Made by a program: the position numbers and the translations under genes. A stretch of 61,942 nucleotides of DNA, counting the filler, from Chiloscyllium plagiosum (lineage: Eukaryota): assembly GCF_004010195.1 (NCBI RefSeq). It is 4 parts of one record of this genome, joined end to end, with 100 filler letters (N's around TTAATTAATTAA, not from the genome) between each part and the next. Parts side by side here need not be neighbours in the genome. Positions count along the whole stretch, not along the records: positions 36,135 to 58,082 come from NC_057716.1; positions 58,183 to 61,942 come from NC_057716.1; 2 more parts are not named here. One strand, 5' to 3'. Of this stretch, positions 47,656 through 60,129 are shown one piece after another; position 1 is the stretch's first letter, and each line of letters starts with the position of its first letter. The notes beneath the pieces are model-generated. The model was not told where the DNA came from. It saw only the letters and a program-made list of their open reading frames with translations, and searched no databases.

Positions 47656-48324
47656 GTTTGTTCAACATTCCAGAATCCACTGACCCAGCCTGGATTAGTT
47701 TGGAAGCTTCCAATGAACCCTAACCATCAGCGCAGGAAGTGAATACCCAATTCCCTTTGTGTGAGGAAATGCTTTTTGATATGACCCCTGACCCTGACTC
47801 CAATTTTAAAGTTTTACCTCTTGTTGTAGCGTCCAAATCCTCAGCCCCTGATCTCCCCAAAACAAACACCTCACCTCCTTACCCAGGTTATTCCACAATA
47901 CTTCTCCCCTCCCCCACCCTTCCCCTCTACACCCCCCCTCACCTTGGTCTCAGCCCTCACTGTAGAGGAGTGTGCTGAGGATGCAGGCTTGGTGAACTCA
48001 AAGACTGAGGTTCTCAGTGAGATTACTGCTCGACATTCTCTCACGTCACTGAGATATGACAGCTGCAGCATCGAGTTACAGATTGCTGGGATGGTGGTAC
48101 TCAGAGATGTGAAGCTATTGTTGTTGAGAGATGGCAGTGTGACAGGACCCTGCACTGTGACATCTGCCTACCCAGCACTGCTGCTCAAACATAGTTCATT
48201 CACAGTGAGAGAGACAGTCCCTGTACTGCAGAGGCTATTCCCCAGTGTGGCTGGGTCAGAACTGAGCAGGAGCTCCATGGTGACACGAGGGAGCATAGCT
48301 TTACATTGAGGGGTGATAGATACA

Positions 48325-48556
48325 GGACAGATGTCAGAGGTTGGTTCTTTACTCAGACACTAATAGGGGCGCGGAACACCCTGCCTGTAACAGTAGTAGA
48401 CTCGCCAACTTTAGGGGCATTTAAATGGTCGTTGGATAAACATATGGATGAGAATGGAATAGTGTAGGTTAGATGGGCTTCAGATTGGTTCCACAGATTG
48501 GCGTAACATGAAGGGCTGAATGGCCTGTACTGTGCTGGAATGTTCTATGTTCTATG
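48325..48556 (+). mobile_element. CR1 3' end with (CTATGTT)n tail
   Basis: ggttctttactcag...gcctgtactgtgctggaatgttctatgttctatg. Confidence 0.85.
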
Positions 48557-49569
48557 AGTAGGATCTGGTGCTCCTTTGTCTGGAACCTCCAGGGAGCAGC
48601 TTTCCACTAGAACTGGGGTCTGGTATGTGGACAAGCTCTTGCAGATAATCGGAAAACATGACAACGGTCACAAAGAGAGGAATATGAAAGAGTTTGTGCC
48701 AGAACATGACCCTGTTTAAATGCACTGACAATCCCAGACAGTTATGAGAGTATCCTCTGAGAGCTGGCCTTGCCCACCGTGCTGTGGAGATCACTGTGTG
48801 GTGGGGGGAGGGGGGTTGCAGTCAGTCACAGCCTCCTCTTCCCCCCCACCCTGGGTGGCTGAAACAGATGGCCCCAGTTTGTATGTGTATATGTGAATCC
48901 CTTGGGGAGATCGGTTTGATGGCAATATCTCGTGGCCTTCTTTTGTTCTCAACATTTCTCTCTCTGCTGTTAAAAGGTAAAGATCTCATCATTGTGGATC
49001 TTGCTGTTGAGAGGCTGCACTGGGATTTGGGGCGAATGTGTTCAGACAGATTCTGACAAAGAGCCTGGATTTGAACATAACTCAAACATCTATTTTTTGC
49101 CTTTGAAAGAAACCCATTCCATTTCCTCCAACCACTAGTGAACTATCTCACCGTCCTGACTTTCAATTAGATTTCCTGTGGAAGATTGATAATTAGAACA
49201 CTGGCCTCAGGCTCTGCTCAGATGAAGTCCTTGTAAAAAAAAACCCAGTGTTTGATCAAATGTTTGGAGGGCATTTTATATAATAACTTGTAGCAGCTTT
49301 TGAACATTGAGTGATTTGAGAGAAAGGAAATGATTCTGGGATGGTCAGTGTGCAGGCGAGAGAGAGAGAAATGGGAGAGTTAGTTGCTCACGCTGAGCAG
49401 TCACCACATTGCCTGTGGTTAAGCGTGTTATTGCTGAGGAACATTGCACAGATTTGGCTCAAAGTTAAGTATAGAGGATTGAGGTGAAGTTAGTCTTTGC
49501 TGTTTGTCAGGAGTGGGGATGTTCACTCTCTGTGATGTTCAGTACCATGCGTGACTCCTCAGGTACTGG

Positions 49570-50557
49570 AGCAGTCCATGTTCAAATGCAACAAGAACTC
49601 GCCAATATCCAGGTTTGAGCTGACAAGTGGCAAGTAACATTCATGCCACCAAAATGCCAGGCTATGACCATCTCTGACAAGAGAAAACCTAACCACCGCC
49701 CCTTGACATTCACTCGATCCCACTCGAGTGATATCCTGGGGTTACCATTGACCAGAGACTCAACTGGATTCACCACATAAACACAGCGGCTACAAGAGCA
49801 GGTCAGAAGCTGGGATTCTGCAGAGAATAACTCCCTCCTGAATCCCCAAAGCCTGTCCACCAAGGCACAAGACAGGAGTGTGGTGGAATACTCCCCACTT
49901 GCCTGGATGGGTACAGCTCCAGCAACACTCAAGGGGCTTAACACCCACCAGGACAAAGCAGACCACTTGATTGGCACCACATCCACAAACAACGTCTCAG
50001 GTTGTAAGACCCTACAAGGATAGTGAGGACAGCTGAGGAGATCATTCCAGACATTTACACCACACGCTGCATTCGAAAGGCTAACAGCATGGTGGAAGGC
50101 CCTGCACACCCCTCACTCAAATTCTTCTCCCTCCTGCCATCTGGCAGAAGATACCAGAGCACTCAGTCTCTCAGAGCTAGACGGTGCAATAGTTTCTTCC
50201 CCAAAACATCAGGCTCCTTAACACAGTATGATCGGACTCTTTCCCATCTGACTTCAAATTGCTGCTGGAAAAATGTCTATTATTTATCATCCTTCTGTTA
50301 GACTGGAATGTGTGTGTTGTGCCCTTCTTATGCACTTTACACCACCCTTTGTATGATCGTGTAGTTTGTGCTGTCCATGTAGCACCTCAGTCCGAGAGGA
50401 ACAGTGTCTGGTTTTTACGGCATCAATTGTATGTGGTAGAAACAATTCTCACTCTCTCAACCATCCCCTCACTCCACCACCGACGTTCAGTAACAGCAGC
50501 TTGTACCATCTACAAGTTACACTGCAGAAATTCCTTAGAATTCCCAAAGACCCTCAG
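49570..50557 (+). mobile_element. Divergent CR1/Jockey-group LINE 3' part, interrupted by Rex1
   Basis: ADKWQVTF..KCQAMTIS, ILGVTID, ATRAGQKLG, VEYSPLAWM, LHHRRSVTAACTIYKLHC; second copy at 51735-52245. Confidence 0.75.
49992..50440 (+). mobile_element. Rex1/Babar LINE 3' end
   Basis: RTAEEII..DIYTTRCIRKANSMVEGPAHPS..FSLLPSGRRY.S...R.CNSFFP. Confidence 0.85.
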
Positions 50558-51057
50558 NNNNNNNNNNNNNNNNNNNNNNNNNNNNNNNNNNNNNNNNNNN
50601 NNNNNNNNNNNNNNNNNNNNNNNNNNNNNNNNNNNNNNNNNNNNNNNNNNNNNNNNNNNNNNNNNNNNNNNNNNNNNNNNNNNNNNNNNNNNNNNNNNNN
50701 NNNNNNNNNNNNNNNNNNNNNNNNNNNNNNNNNNNNNNNNNNNNNNNNNNNNNNNNNNNNNNNNNNNNNNNNNNNNNNNNNNNNNNNNNNNNNNNNNNNN
50801 NNNNNNNNNNNNNNNNNNNNNNNNNNNNNNNNNNNNNNNNNNNNNNNNNNNNNNNNNNNNNNNNNNNNNNNNNNNNNNNNNNNNNNNNNNNNNNNNNNNN
50901 NNNNNNNNNNNNNNNNNNNNNNNNNNNNNNNNNNNNNNNNNNNNNNNNNNNNNNNNNNNNNNNNNNNNNNNNNNNNNNNNNNNNNNNNNNNNNNNNNNNN
51001 NNNNNNNNNNNNNNNNNNNNNNNNNNNNNNNNNNNNNNNNNNNNNNNNNNNNNNNNN

Positions 51058-51390
51058 CCGAAACGGTATACTTATTACTGAGGGGAACGGCCACTGGGGA
51101 CACCTGCACTGACTGTTTGTTCCCTTTCCATCCTCTGACTGTAACCCAACCTTTTTCCTGTACTTGAGGTAAGACTACCTCCCTGTAACTCCACTCTCTT
51201 ACACCCTCCGCCTTCCTAACAATCCAAAGTTCATCCAGTTCCAGCTCCAGTTCCCTAATGCAGTTTCTGAGCAGCTAGAGTTGGGTGCACTTTCTGCAGA
51301 TGAAGTCAGTGGGGACACAAATGGTGACCCTTAACTCCCACATCCTACAGGAGGAGCATGCAACTGCTCAAAGATCCATTCCCACTGTTC
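51058..51390 (-). mobile_element. CR1 ORF1 5' fragment
   Basis: VPLSNKYTV; near-identical to 45408-45568; continues into the CxxC region. Confidence 0.85.
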
Positions 51391-52858
51391 TGAATTCCCT
51401 TTGTTTTTTCCAGTGCCAAGTCTTAAACGTAGTACAGAACATGGGGTTTGCATTCACCTGCATTATTTACTAAACCAAACCCAAATCTTCATTGCCTCTG
51501 TTTCCAATCCAACCCTGGACCACAAGTCCCCAGCCTTAGTTATGACTCACAGAAAAACAGAAATTTTATTGTGCAGTGGGAGGCCAATCAGCCCATCATC
51601 CCTCCTGCAGCTCATTAAATGAGCATCGTTATCAAGAGTAAATCACCTGCTTTTGCCATACCCTTGCACATTGTATGGTAATAATAATCTAATCATCTTC
51701 CCTTGACGTGCAATGGTGTTAGTCACTGGACTAGCCACAATCAACATCCTGGGGTTACCATTAACCATAAACTGAACTAAACTCGCAATATAAATACAAT
51801 GGCTGCAAGAGCAGGTCAGAGGCTGGGAATACTGCAGCAAGTGCCTCATCTCCTGAAACCCCAATGTCTATCCACCATCTACAAGGCACAAATCAGGAAT
51901 GTGATGGAGTACTCCCCACTTTCCTGGATGAATGCAACTCCAACAATAACCAAGGAGCTTGGCACCATCCAGGAAAAAGCAACCCTTTATTCTGTGTTCT
52001 ATGTGCTATAACCCATTTGACTGGCACCATATCTACAAAACATCCACTCTCTCTACCACTGTAAGGACACTGTGCAAAATGTTGACTCCCCTGCTCTTCT
52101 GATGCTGCTTTACCTGCTGTGCTTTTTCCAGCTTCACATTTTATCGACTCAATAATAAGTGTACTATCTACAAGATGCACTGCAGAAATGCCCCAAAGAT
52201 CCTTAGATAGTACCTTTCACACACATGACTACTTCCATCGAGAAGGATGTTGCAGGTTACGGAGGCATGATAAGCTGCAGAACTGGGCTGACAGGTGGCA
52301 AATGGAGTTTAATGCAGAAAGGTGTGAGGTAGAACATAGAACAATACAGCACAGAACAGGCCCTTCGGCCCACGATGTTGTGCCGAACATTTGTCCTAGC
52401 TTAAGCACCCATCCATGAACCTATCCAATTGCTGCTAAAAGGTCGCCAATGATTCTGACTCTGCCACTCCCACAGGCAGTGCATTCCATGCCCCCACCAC
52501 TCTCTGGGTAAAGAACCTACCCCTGACATCCCCCCTATACCTTCCAGCCTTCACTTAAATTTATGTCCCCTTGTAACACTCTGTTTGTACCAGGGGAAAA
52601 AGTCTCTGACTGTCTACTCTATCTATTCTCCTGATCATCTTATAAACCTCTATCAAGTCACCCCTCATCCTTCGCCGTTCCAATGAGAAAAGGCCTAGCA
52701 CTCTCAACCTATCCTCGAACGACCTATTCTCCATTCCAGGCAACATCCTGGTAAATCTCCTCTGCACCCTCTCCAAACCTTCCACATCTTTCCTAAAATG
52801 AGGCGACCAGAACTGTAAAAAGTACTCCAAATGTGGCCTTACCAAGGTCCTGAACAGC

Positions 52859-53164
52859 TTTTTTTTTAGATTACTTACAGTGTGGAAACAGGCCCTTTGG
52901 CCCAACAAGTCCACACCGACCCGCCGAACCACCCATCCCCCTACATTTACCCCTTTGCCTAACACTACGGGCAATTTAGCATGGCGAATTCACCTGACCT
53001 GCACATCTTTGGACTGTGGGAGGAAACCGGAGCAGCTGGACGAAACCCACGCAGACACGGGGAGAATGTGCAAACTCCACATAGTGAGTTGCCTGAGTCG
53101 GGAATTGAACCCGGGTCTCTGGCACTTTGAGGCAGCAGTGCGAACCACTGTGCCACCGTGCCCC
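52859..53164 (-). mobile_element. Full-length HE1/V-SINE
   Basis: tRNA-like head with A box TGGCACAGTGG and B box GGTTCAATTCC, V domain, CR1-like tail and A-rich end. Confidence 0.92.
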
Positions 53165-54778
53165 TGCAACATCTCACCTCACGACTCTTAAATTCAATCC
53201 CTCTGCTAATGAATGCTAATACACCATAGGCCTTCTTACAAGCTCGATCCACCTGAGCGGCAACTTTCAAAGAGCTGTGAACATAGATCCCAAGATCCCT
53301 CTGCTCCTCCACCTTACTAAGAACCCTACTGTTAACCCTGTATTCCGCATTCTTATTTGTCCTTTCAAAATGGACAACCTCACACTTGACAGGGTTGAAC
53401 TCCATCTGCCACTCCTCAGCCCAGCTCCGCATCATATCTAAGTCCCTTTGCAGCCCTCCTCACTATCCACAACGCCACCAATCTTCGTATCGTCTGCAAA
53501 TTTACTGACCTACCCTTCGACTCCTTCATCCAAGTCATTAATAAAGATTACAAACAGCAGAGGACCCAGAACTGATCCCTGCGGAACTCCACTTGTAACT
53601 AGGCTCCAGGCTGAATATTTACCATCTACCACCACTCTCTGACTTCGAACGGTTAGCCAGTTCTCTATCCAACAGGCCAAATTTCCCACTATCCCATGCC
53701 TCCTGACTTTCCGCATAAGCCTACCATGGGGAACCTTTTCAAATGCCTTACTAAAATCCATGTACACTACATCCACTGCTCTACCCTCATCCACATGCTT
53801 GGTCACCTCCTCAAAGAATTCAATAAGACTTGTAAGGCAAGACCTACCCATCACAAATCAGTCCTGGCTGTCCCTAATCAAGCAGTGTCTTTCTAGATAC
53901 TCATAAATCCTATCCCTCAGTACCCTTTCCATTATTTTGCCTACCACCAAAATAAGACTAACTGGCCTGTAATTCCCGGGGTTATCCCTATTCCCTTTTT
54001 TGAACAGGGGCACAACATTCGCCACTCTCCAGTCTCCTGGTACCACCCCGTTGACAGTGAAGACGAAAAGATCATTGCCAACGGCTCTGCAATTTCCTCT
54101 CTTGCTTCCCACATAATCCTAGGATATATCCCGTCAGGCCCGGGGGACTTGTCTATCCTCAAGTTTTTCAAAATGCCCAACACATCTTCCTTCCTAACAA
54201 GCATCTCGTCTAGCTTACCAGTCCGTTTCATACTCTCCTCTTCAAAAATACGATCCCTCTCATTTGTAAATACTGAAGAAAAGTACTCATTCAAGACCTC
54301 TCCTATCTCTTCCGACTCAATACACAGTCTCTCACTACTGTCCTTGATTGGTCCAATTCTCGTTCTCGTCATTCTCATGTTTTCTCACATACGCATAAAA
54401 GGCCTTGGGGTTATCCTTGATCCTACCCGCCAATGATTTTTCATGCCCTCTCTTAGCTCTCCTAATCCCTTTCTTCAGCTCCCTTCTGGCTATCCTGTAT
54501 CCCTCCACTGCTCTGTCTGAACCCTGTTTCCTCAACCTTATGTAAGCCTCCTTCTTCCTCTTTACAAGACATTCAACCTCCCTCGTCAACCAAGGTTCCC
54601 TCACACGACCATTTCTTTCCTGCCTGACAGGTACATACATATCAAGGACACGTCGTATCTGTTCCTTGAAAAAGTTCCACATTTCAACGACAGCCTTCCC
54701 TGACAGCCTATGCTCCCAACTTATGCTCCTCAGATCCTGTCTCTCTTCTCTCTACCAAATGTTGTTTTCCATTGACTA

Positions 54779-54866
54779 GGGTGGCATGGTGGTTCAGTAG
54801 TTAGCACTGCTGCCTCACAGCACCAGGGTCCCAGGTTCACATTCTTCCTGTGTCTGCGGGTGTTCG
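54779..54866 (+). mobile_element. HE1 SINE 5' fragment
   Basis: ggtggttcagtagttagcactgctgcctcacagcaccagggtcccaggttca. Confidence 0.8.
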
Positions 54867-56369
54867 CTATTGGGGGGCCTATAGTAAACACCCAACAAGG
54901 TGACTGCTCCTTTCCTATTTCTGACTTCAGTCCATACTCCCTCCAAAGGCAGATCCCCCTCGAATTGCCTTTCTGCAGCCGTTATACCATTTCTAATTAG
55001 CAACGTCACCCCACCTCCTTTTTTACCACTCTCCCTAATCTTACTGAAACACCTGTAACCAGGAACCTCCAACAACCATTCCTGTCCCTCTTCTATCCAC
55101 GTTTCCGTGATGGCCACAACGTCGTAGTCCCAAGTACCGATCCACGCCTTAAGTTCACCCACCTTATTTCTGATACTCCTTGCGTTGAAGCATACACACT
55201 TGAACCCATCTCTGTGTCCGCAAGTATTCCCTGTCAGTGCTACCTTCTCCACAGCCTCCCTAAATTCTTGGACCTCCTGAAAAACAGCTAACTACTTGCT
55301 GGACTACAAGTCTGGATCCCATCCCCCTGCCAAATTAGTTTAAACCCCCCTGAAGAGTGCTAGCAAACCTACCTCCCAGGATATTGGTGCCCTTCTGGTT
55401 CAGGTGCAACCCGTCCTGCTTGTACAGGTCCCACCTCCCTCAGAATGCAGTCCAATTGTCCAAATACCTGAAGCCCTCCCTCCTACACCATCCTTGCAGC
55501 CACGTGTTCAACTGCACTCTCTCCCTATTCCTTGCCTCACTGTCAGGTGGCACCGGCAACAATCCAGAGATGAGGACTCTGTCTGTCCTAGCTTTTAGCC
55601 TAACTCCCTGAGCTCTTTAATGACCTCCCCACCCCTCTTCCTACCCATGTCGTTGGTGCCAATGTGCACCACGACTTCTGGCTGCACACCCTCCCACTTA
55701 AGGATTCTGAAGACATGGTCCGAAACGTCTCGGACCTTGGCACCCGGGAGGCAACAAACCATCCGAGTGTCTGGCCCATGTCCACAGAACCGCCTGTCCG
55801 TCCCTCTAACTATAGCGTCTCCTATAACTAGCGCTCTCCTCCTCTCCCCCTTTCCCTTCTGAGCCTCAGGGCTGGACCTCGTGCCAGAGACCTGGTCACT
55901 GCAGCTTACCCCTGATATACTTATTGTTGAGGGGAACAACCAGAGGGGATCCCTGCACTGCCTGCTTCCTCCCCTTTCCCACCTCTAACTGTTACCCAGC
56001 TACCTCTGTTCTCTGGCGTAACTATGTCCCTGTAGCTTCTATCTATCACCCTCTCAGCCTCTCGAATAATCCTCAGTTCATCCAACTCCAGCTCCAGTTC
56101 CCTAACGCGGTCTGTGAGGAGCTGGTGCTGGCCGCACTTCCTGCAGATGAAGTCGCAGGAGCAACGGTGGTCACCCCTACCTCAAACATCCTGCAGGAGG
56201 AACATTCCACTGCCTGCGCTGCCATAACTCTACACTTAGTCTCCAAAACAAGGACACTGAGTAGCTTACCTGTTCAGCTGACTGAGTCCTTTTTTTTTAG
56301 GTTAGAGGAGGAGGGAGGGTGGGAGACACTACACGTGTATGTCTCGGGTTCCTTCTCCACTCAAGTAAC

Positions 56370-56662
56370 AATCACTTACCTTCCCGACCGGCTTTGCGCT
56401 CTAACTTCACTTCCGCCCAGCTCCCGCCGCTCTCTGCTGCAAAAAGACCGTTGGCATCGAGGTAAGTTCTTTATATAGTAATCACTTACCTTCCCGACCG
56501 GCTTTGAACTCCGTCTGAACTTCCGCCCAGCTCCCGCCGCTCTCTGCTGCAAAAAGACCGTTGGCATCAAGGTAAGTTCTTAAATAACAATCACTTACCT
56601 TCCCGACCGGCTTTGCGCTCCAACTTCACTTTCGCCCAGCTCGCGCCGCTCTCTGCTGCAGA
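56370..56662 (-). promoter_or_regulatory. ~110-bp tandem monomers (x2.7) at the CR1 5' end, putative internal promoter
   Basis: atcacttacc recurs at 56371, 56481 and 56590; CpG-rich; GGGCGGAAGT (GC box/ETS-like) on - in two monomers. Confidence 0.65.
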
Positions 56663-57087
56663 AAGTAATTCACTTTGAAAGGAGTAACAGGAATAAAAAG
56701 TACTGACCTAATGGTAATATTCTTGTTAGTGTAGATAAGCAGAGAGATCTTGGTGTCCCATGTAGATAGATCCCTGAAAGTTGCTACCCAGGTTGATTGG
56801 TTTCTTGAGAAGGCATACGGTGTGTTAGCTTTCATTGGTTGAAGGATTGAGTTGCGGAGCCACGAGGTCATGCTGTAGCTGTTCAAAACTCTGGTGCGGC
56901 CACAGTTGGAGTATTGCTTATAGTTCTGGTCACAGCATTATAGGAAGAATATGGAAGCTTTGAAAAGGGTACAGAGGAGATTTACTCGGATGTTGCCTGG
57001 TATGGAGGGAAGGTCTTTTAAGGAAAGGCTGAGGGACTTGAGGCTGTTTTCGTTAGTGAAGAAAGTTCAGAGGTGAGTTAATCGAGA

Positions 57088-57855
57088 CATAGAACATAGA
57101 ACATAGAACATAGAAGAATACAGCGCAGTATAGGCCCTTCGGCCCTTGATGTTGCGCCGATCCAAGCCCACCTAACCTACACTAGCCCACTATCCTCCAT
57201 ATGCCTATCCAATGCCCGCTTAAATGCCCATAATGAGGGAGAGTCCACCACTGCTATTGGCAGGGCATTCCATGAACTCACGACTCGCTGAGTAAAGAAC
57301 CTACCCCTAACATCTGTCCTATTCCTACCCCCTCTTAATTTAAATTTAAAGCTATGCCCCCTCGTAATAGCTGACTCCATACGTGGAAAAAGATTCTCAC
57401 TGTCGACCCTATCTAAACCCCTAATCATCTTATACACCTCTATCAAGTCACCCCTAAACCTTCTTTTCTCCAATGAAAACAACCCCAAGTGCCTCAACCT
57501 TTCCTCATACGATCTTTCTACCATACCAGGCAACATCCTGGTAAACATCTTCTGCACCAGTTCCAGTGCCTCCACATCCTTCCTATAGTATGGCAACCAA
57601 AACTGCACACAATACTCCAGATGCGGACGCACCAGAGTCTTATACAACTGCAACATGACCTCAGTACTCCAGAACTCAATTCCTCTACCAATAAAAGCCA
57701 GTACGCCATATGCCTTCTTCACCACACTATTTACCTGGGTGGCAACTTTCAAAGATCTGTGTACATGGACACCAAGATCCCTCTGCTCATCCACACTACC
57801 AAGTATCCGACCATTAGCCCAGTACCCCATCTTTTTGTTACTCTTACCAAAGTGA
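57088..57855 (-). mobile_element. Young CR1 3' end with (CTATGTT)n tail
   Basis: Uninterrupted C-terminal ORF2 reading to RALDRHMEDSGLV*. Confidence 0.92.
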
Positions 57856-58082
57856 AATCTGAGTTCATCCCTTGTGGTTAGAGGGTTCCTAGGCGGAAGA
57901 TGAGGCACTCTTCCTCCAGCTATCGTGTTGCTATGGTCTGGCGATGGAGGAGTCCAAGGACCTGCATGTCCTTGGTGGAGTGGGAGGGGGAGTTGAAGTG
58001 TTGGGCTACGGGGTGGTTGGGTTGGTTGTTCCGGGTGTCCCAGAGGTGTTCTCTGAAACGTTCCGCAAGTAGGCAGCCTGTC
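57855..58082 (-). mobile_element. PLE GIY-YIG fragment
   Basis: LLAERFREHLWDTR..QPNHPVAQHFNSPSHSTKDMQVLGLL; homologous to 33225-33450. Confidence 0.85.
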
Positions 58083-58182
58083 NNNNNNNNNNNNNNNNNN
58101 NNNNNNNNNNNNNNNNNNNNNNNNNNTTAATTAATTAANNNNNNNNNNNNNNNNNNNNNNNNNNNNNNNNNNNNNNNNNNNN

Positions 58183-58555
58183 GCACTGAGGCCGGGAGTC
58201 CGCACTGAGGCCGGGAGTCCGCACTGAGGCTGGGAGTCCGCACTGAGGCTGGGAGTCCGCACTGAGGTTGGGGATCCGCACTGAGGCCGGGAGTCCGCTA
58301 CTGAGACCGGGAGTCCGCACTGAGACCGGGAGTCCGAACTGAGGTTGAGAGTCTATACTGAGGCTGGGAGTCGATACTGAGGCCGGGAGTCGATACTGAG
58401 GCCGGGAGTCGATACTGAGGCCGGGAGTCGATACTGAGGCCGGGAGTTGATACTGAGGCCGGGAGTCCGCACTGAGGCCGGGAGTCGGCACTGAGGCCGG
58501 GAGTCCGCACTGAGGTTGAGAGTCTATACTGAGGCTGGGAGTCGATACTGAGGCT
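58183..58555. repeat. 19-bp GC-rich minisatellite (~19 copies visible, flanked by gaps)
   Basis: Unit gcactgaggccgggagtcc with variant gatactgaggccgggagtc. Confidence 0.95.
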
Positions 58556-59055
58556 NNNNNNNNNNNNNNNNNNNNNNNNNNNNNNNNNNNNNNNNNNNNN
58601 NNNNNNNNNNNNNNNNNNNNNNNNNNNNNNNNNNNNNNNNNNNNNNNNNNNNNNNNNNNNNNNNNNNNNNNNNNNNNNNNNNNNNNNNNNNNNNNNNNNN
58701 NNNNNNNNNNNNNNNNNNNNNNNNNNNNNNNNNNNNNNNNNNNNNNNNNNNNNNNNNNNNNNNNNNNNNNNNNNNNNNNNNNNNNNNNNNNNNNNNNNNN
58801 NNNNNNNNNNNNNNNNNNNNNNNNNNNNNNNNNNNNNNNNNNNNNNNNNNNNNNNNNNNNNNNNNNNNNNNNNNNNNNNNNNNNNNNNNNNNNNNNNNNN
58901 NNNNNNNNNNNNNNNNNNNNNNNNNNNNNNNNNNNNNNNNNNNNNNNNNNNNNNNNNNNNNNNNNNNNNNNNNNNNNNNNNNNNNNNNNNNNNNNNNNNN
59001 NNNNNNNNNNNNNNNNNNNNNNNNNNNNNNNNNNNNNNNNNNNNNNNNNNNNNNN

Positions 59056-60128
59056 GTTGATGAACAAAGAGACCTTGGACTGCAGGTTGGACTATCCTAT
59101 CTACCTACAACTCCTTGAAAGTGGAGTTGTAGGTAGATAGGATAGTGAAGAAGGCGTTTGGTATACTTTCCTTTATTGGTCAGTGTATTGAGTACAGGAG
59201 TTGGTTGGACATGTTGAGGCTGTACAGGGACATTGGTTAGGCCATTGTTGGAACATTGCGTGCATTTCTGATCTGCTTCCTATCGGAAAGATGCTGTGAA
59301 ACTTGAAAGGGTTCAGAAAAGATTTACATGGATGTTGCCAGGGTTGGAGGATTTGAGATATTGGGAGAAGGCTGAACAGGCTGGCTAGCTTACTGTCATA
59401 TTTCATCGGGATCCTCCTTATTTCTTTTGTTGTTGCTCTCCATTGGTCTTTGCAAGTGCCTAATGCTTTGTTTTCCCACTACCCTTCCCCAAATGATCTG
59501 TTTTATCTTTTACTTTTACCATATCCCTGCCTTCCCTAGTCAGCCATGGTTGCCTCATCCTCCCTGTACCATGCTTCTTTCCCTTGGGATGAATCTCTGC
59601 TGTGTCTCCTGAGTTACTCCCAGAATCTCCTGCCATTGCTGTTCCACTGTCTTTCCTGATACACTCCTCTCCCAGTCAATTCTACCCACCTCCTCTCTCA
59701 TGCCTCTGTAGTTGCCTTTATTCAGCTGTAATTCCGCTACCTTTGATTCTATCATCTCCCTCTCAAATTGCAGAGTCATTTCAGACATATTTTGATCGCT
59801 ACCTGCTGAGAATTCCTTCACCTTAAGCTCCCTGCTTCATTCCACATCACTAAATCCAGTATTGCCTGTTCCCTACTGGGCTTCACCACAAGTTGGTGCA
59901 AAGAGCTATCTCATAGACATTCCACAAATTCACTTTCTTGCAAAATGTTCCCAACCTGATTTCCCAGTCCACCTGCATATTGAAATTCCCAATGATCACT
60001 GTAATTTTGCATTTCCTACAAATCTTTTGCATCTCCGGTTGTATCTTGCGCCCCACCTCCTGACGACTGTTTGGAGGCCTGTACATGACTCCAACTATGA
60101 CTTTGTTAATACCTATGCAGTTCCTCAA
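59056..60128. mobile_element. CR1 fragments (+ 59056-59382; - APE region 59383-60128)
   Basis: VGVMYRPPNS..IIGNFNMQVDW; LNKGNYRGMREEV. Confidence 0.85.
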
Positions 60129-60129
60129 T

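Larger units (their letters stand above)
52331..56662 (-). mobile_element. Nearly full-length CR1 LINE (monomeric 5' UTR, ORF1 from ATG at 56225, ORF2, tail), nested in another CR1
   Basis: MAAQAVECSSC..., esterase motifs, APE, RT, tail tagaacatagaac at 52330. The host CR1 reads ...gtgtgaggta (52331) then attcactttg (56668). Carries frameshifts, a deletion near 54740-54866 and SINE insertions. Confidence 0.93.

Noticed and set aside
53090..53164. tRNA gene
   Set aside because: The A and B boxes belong to the HE1 SINE head and run into the V domain; no complete cloverleaf.
52331..56662. Active autonomous LINE
   Set aside because: ORF2 has frameshifts, an internal deletion and two SINE insertions.
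58183..58555. CRISPR-like regular repeats
   Set aside because: The units are contiguous with no unique spacers, there are no cas genes, and the context is eukaryotic.
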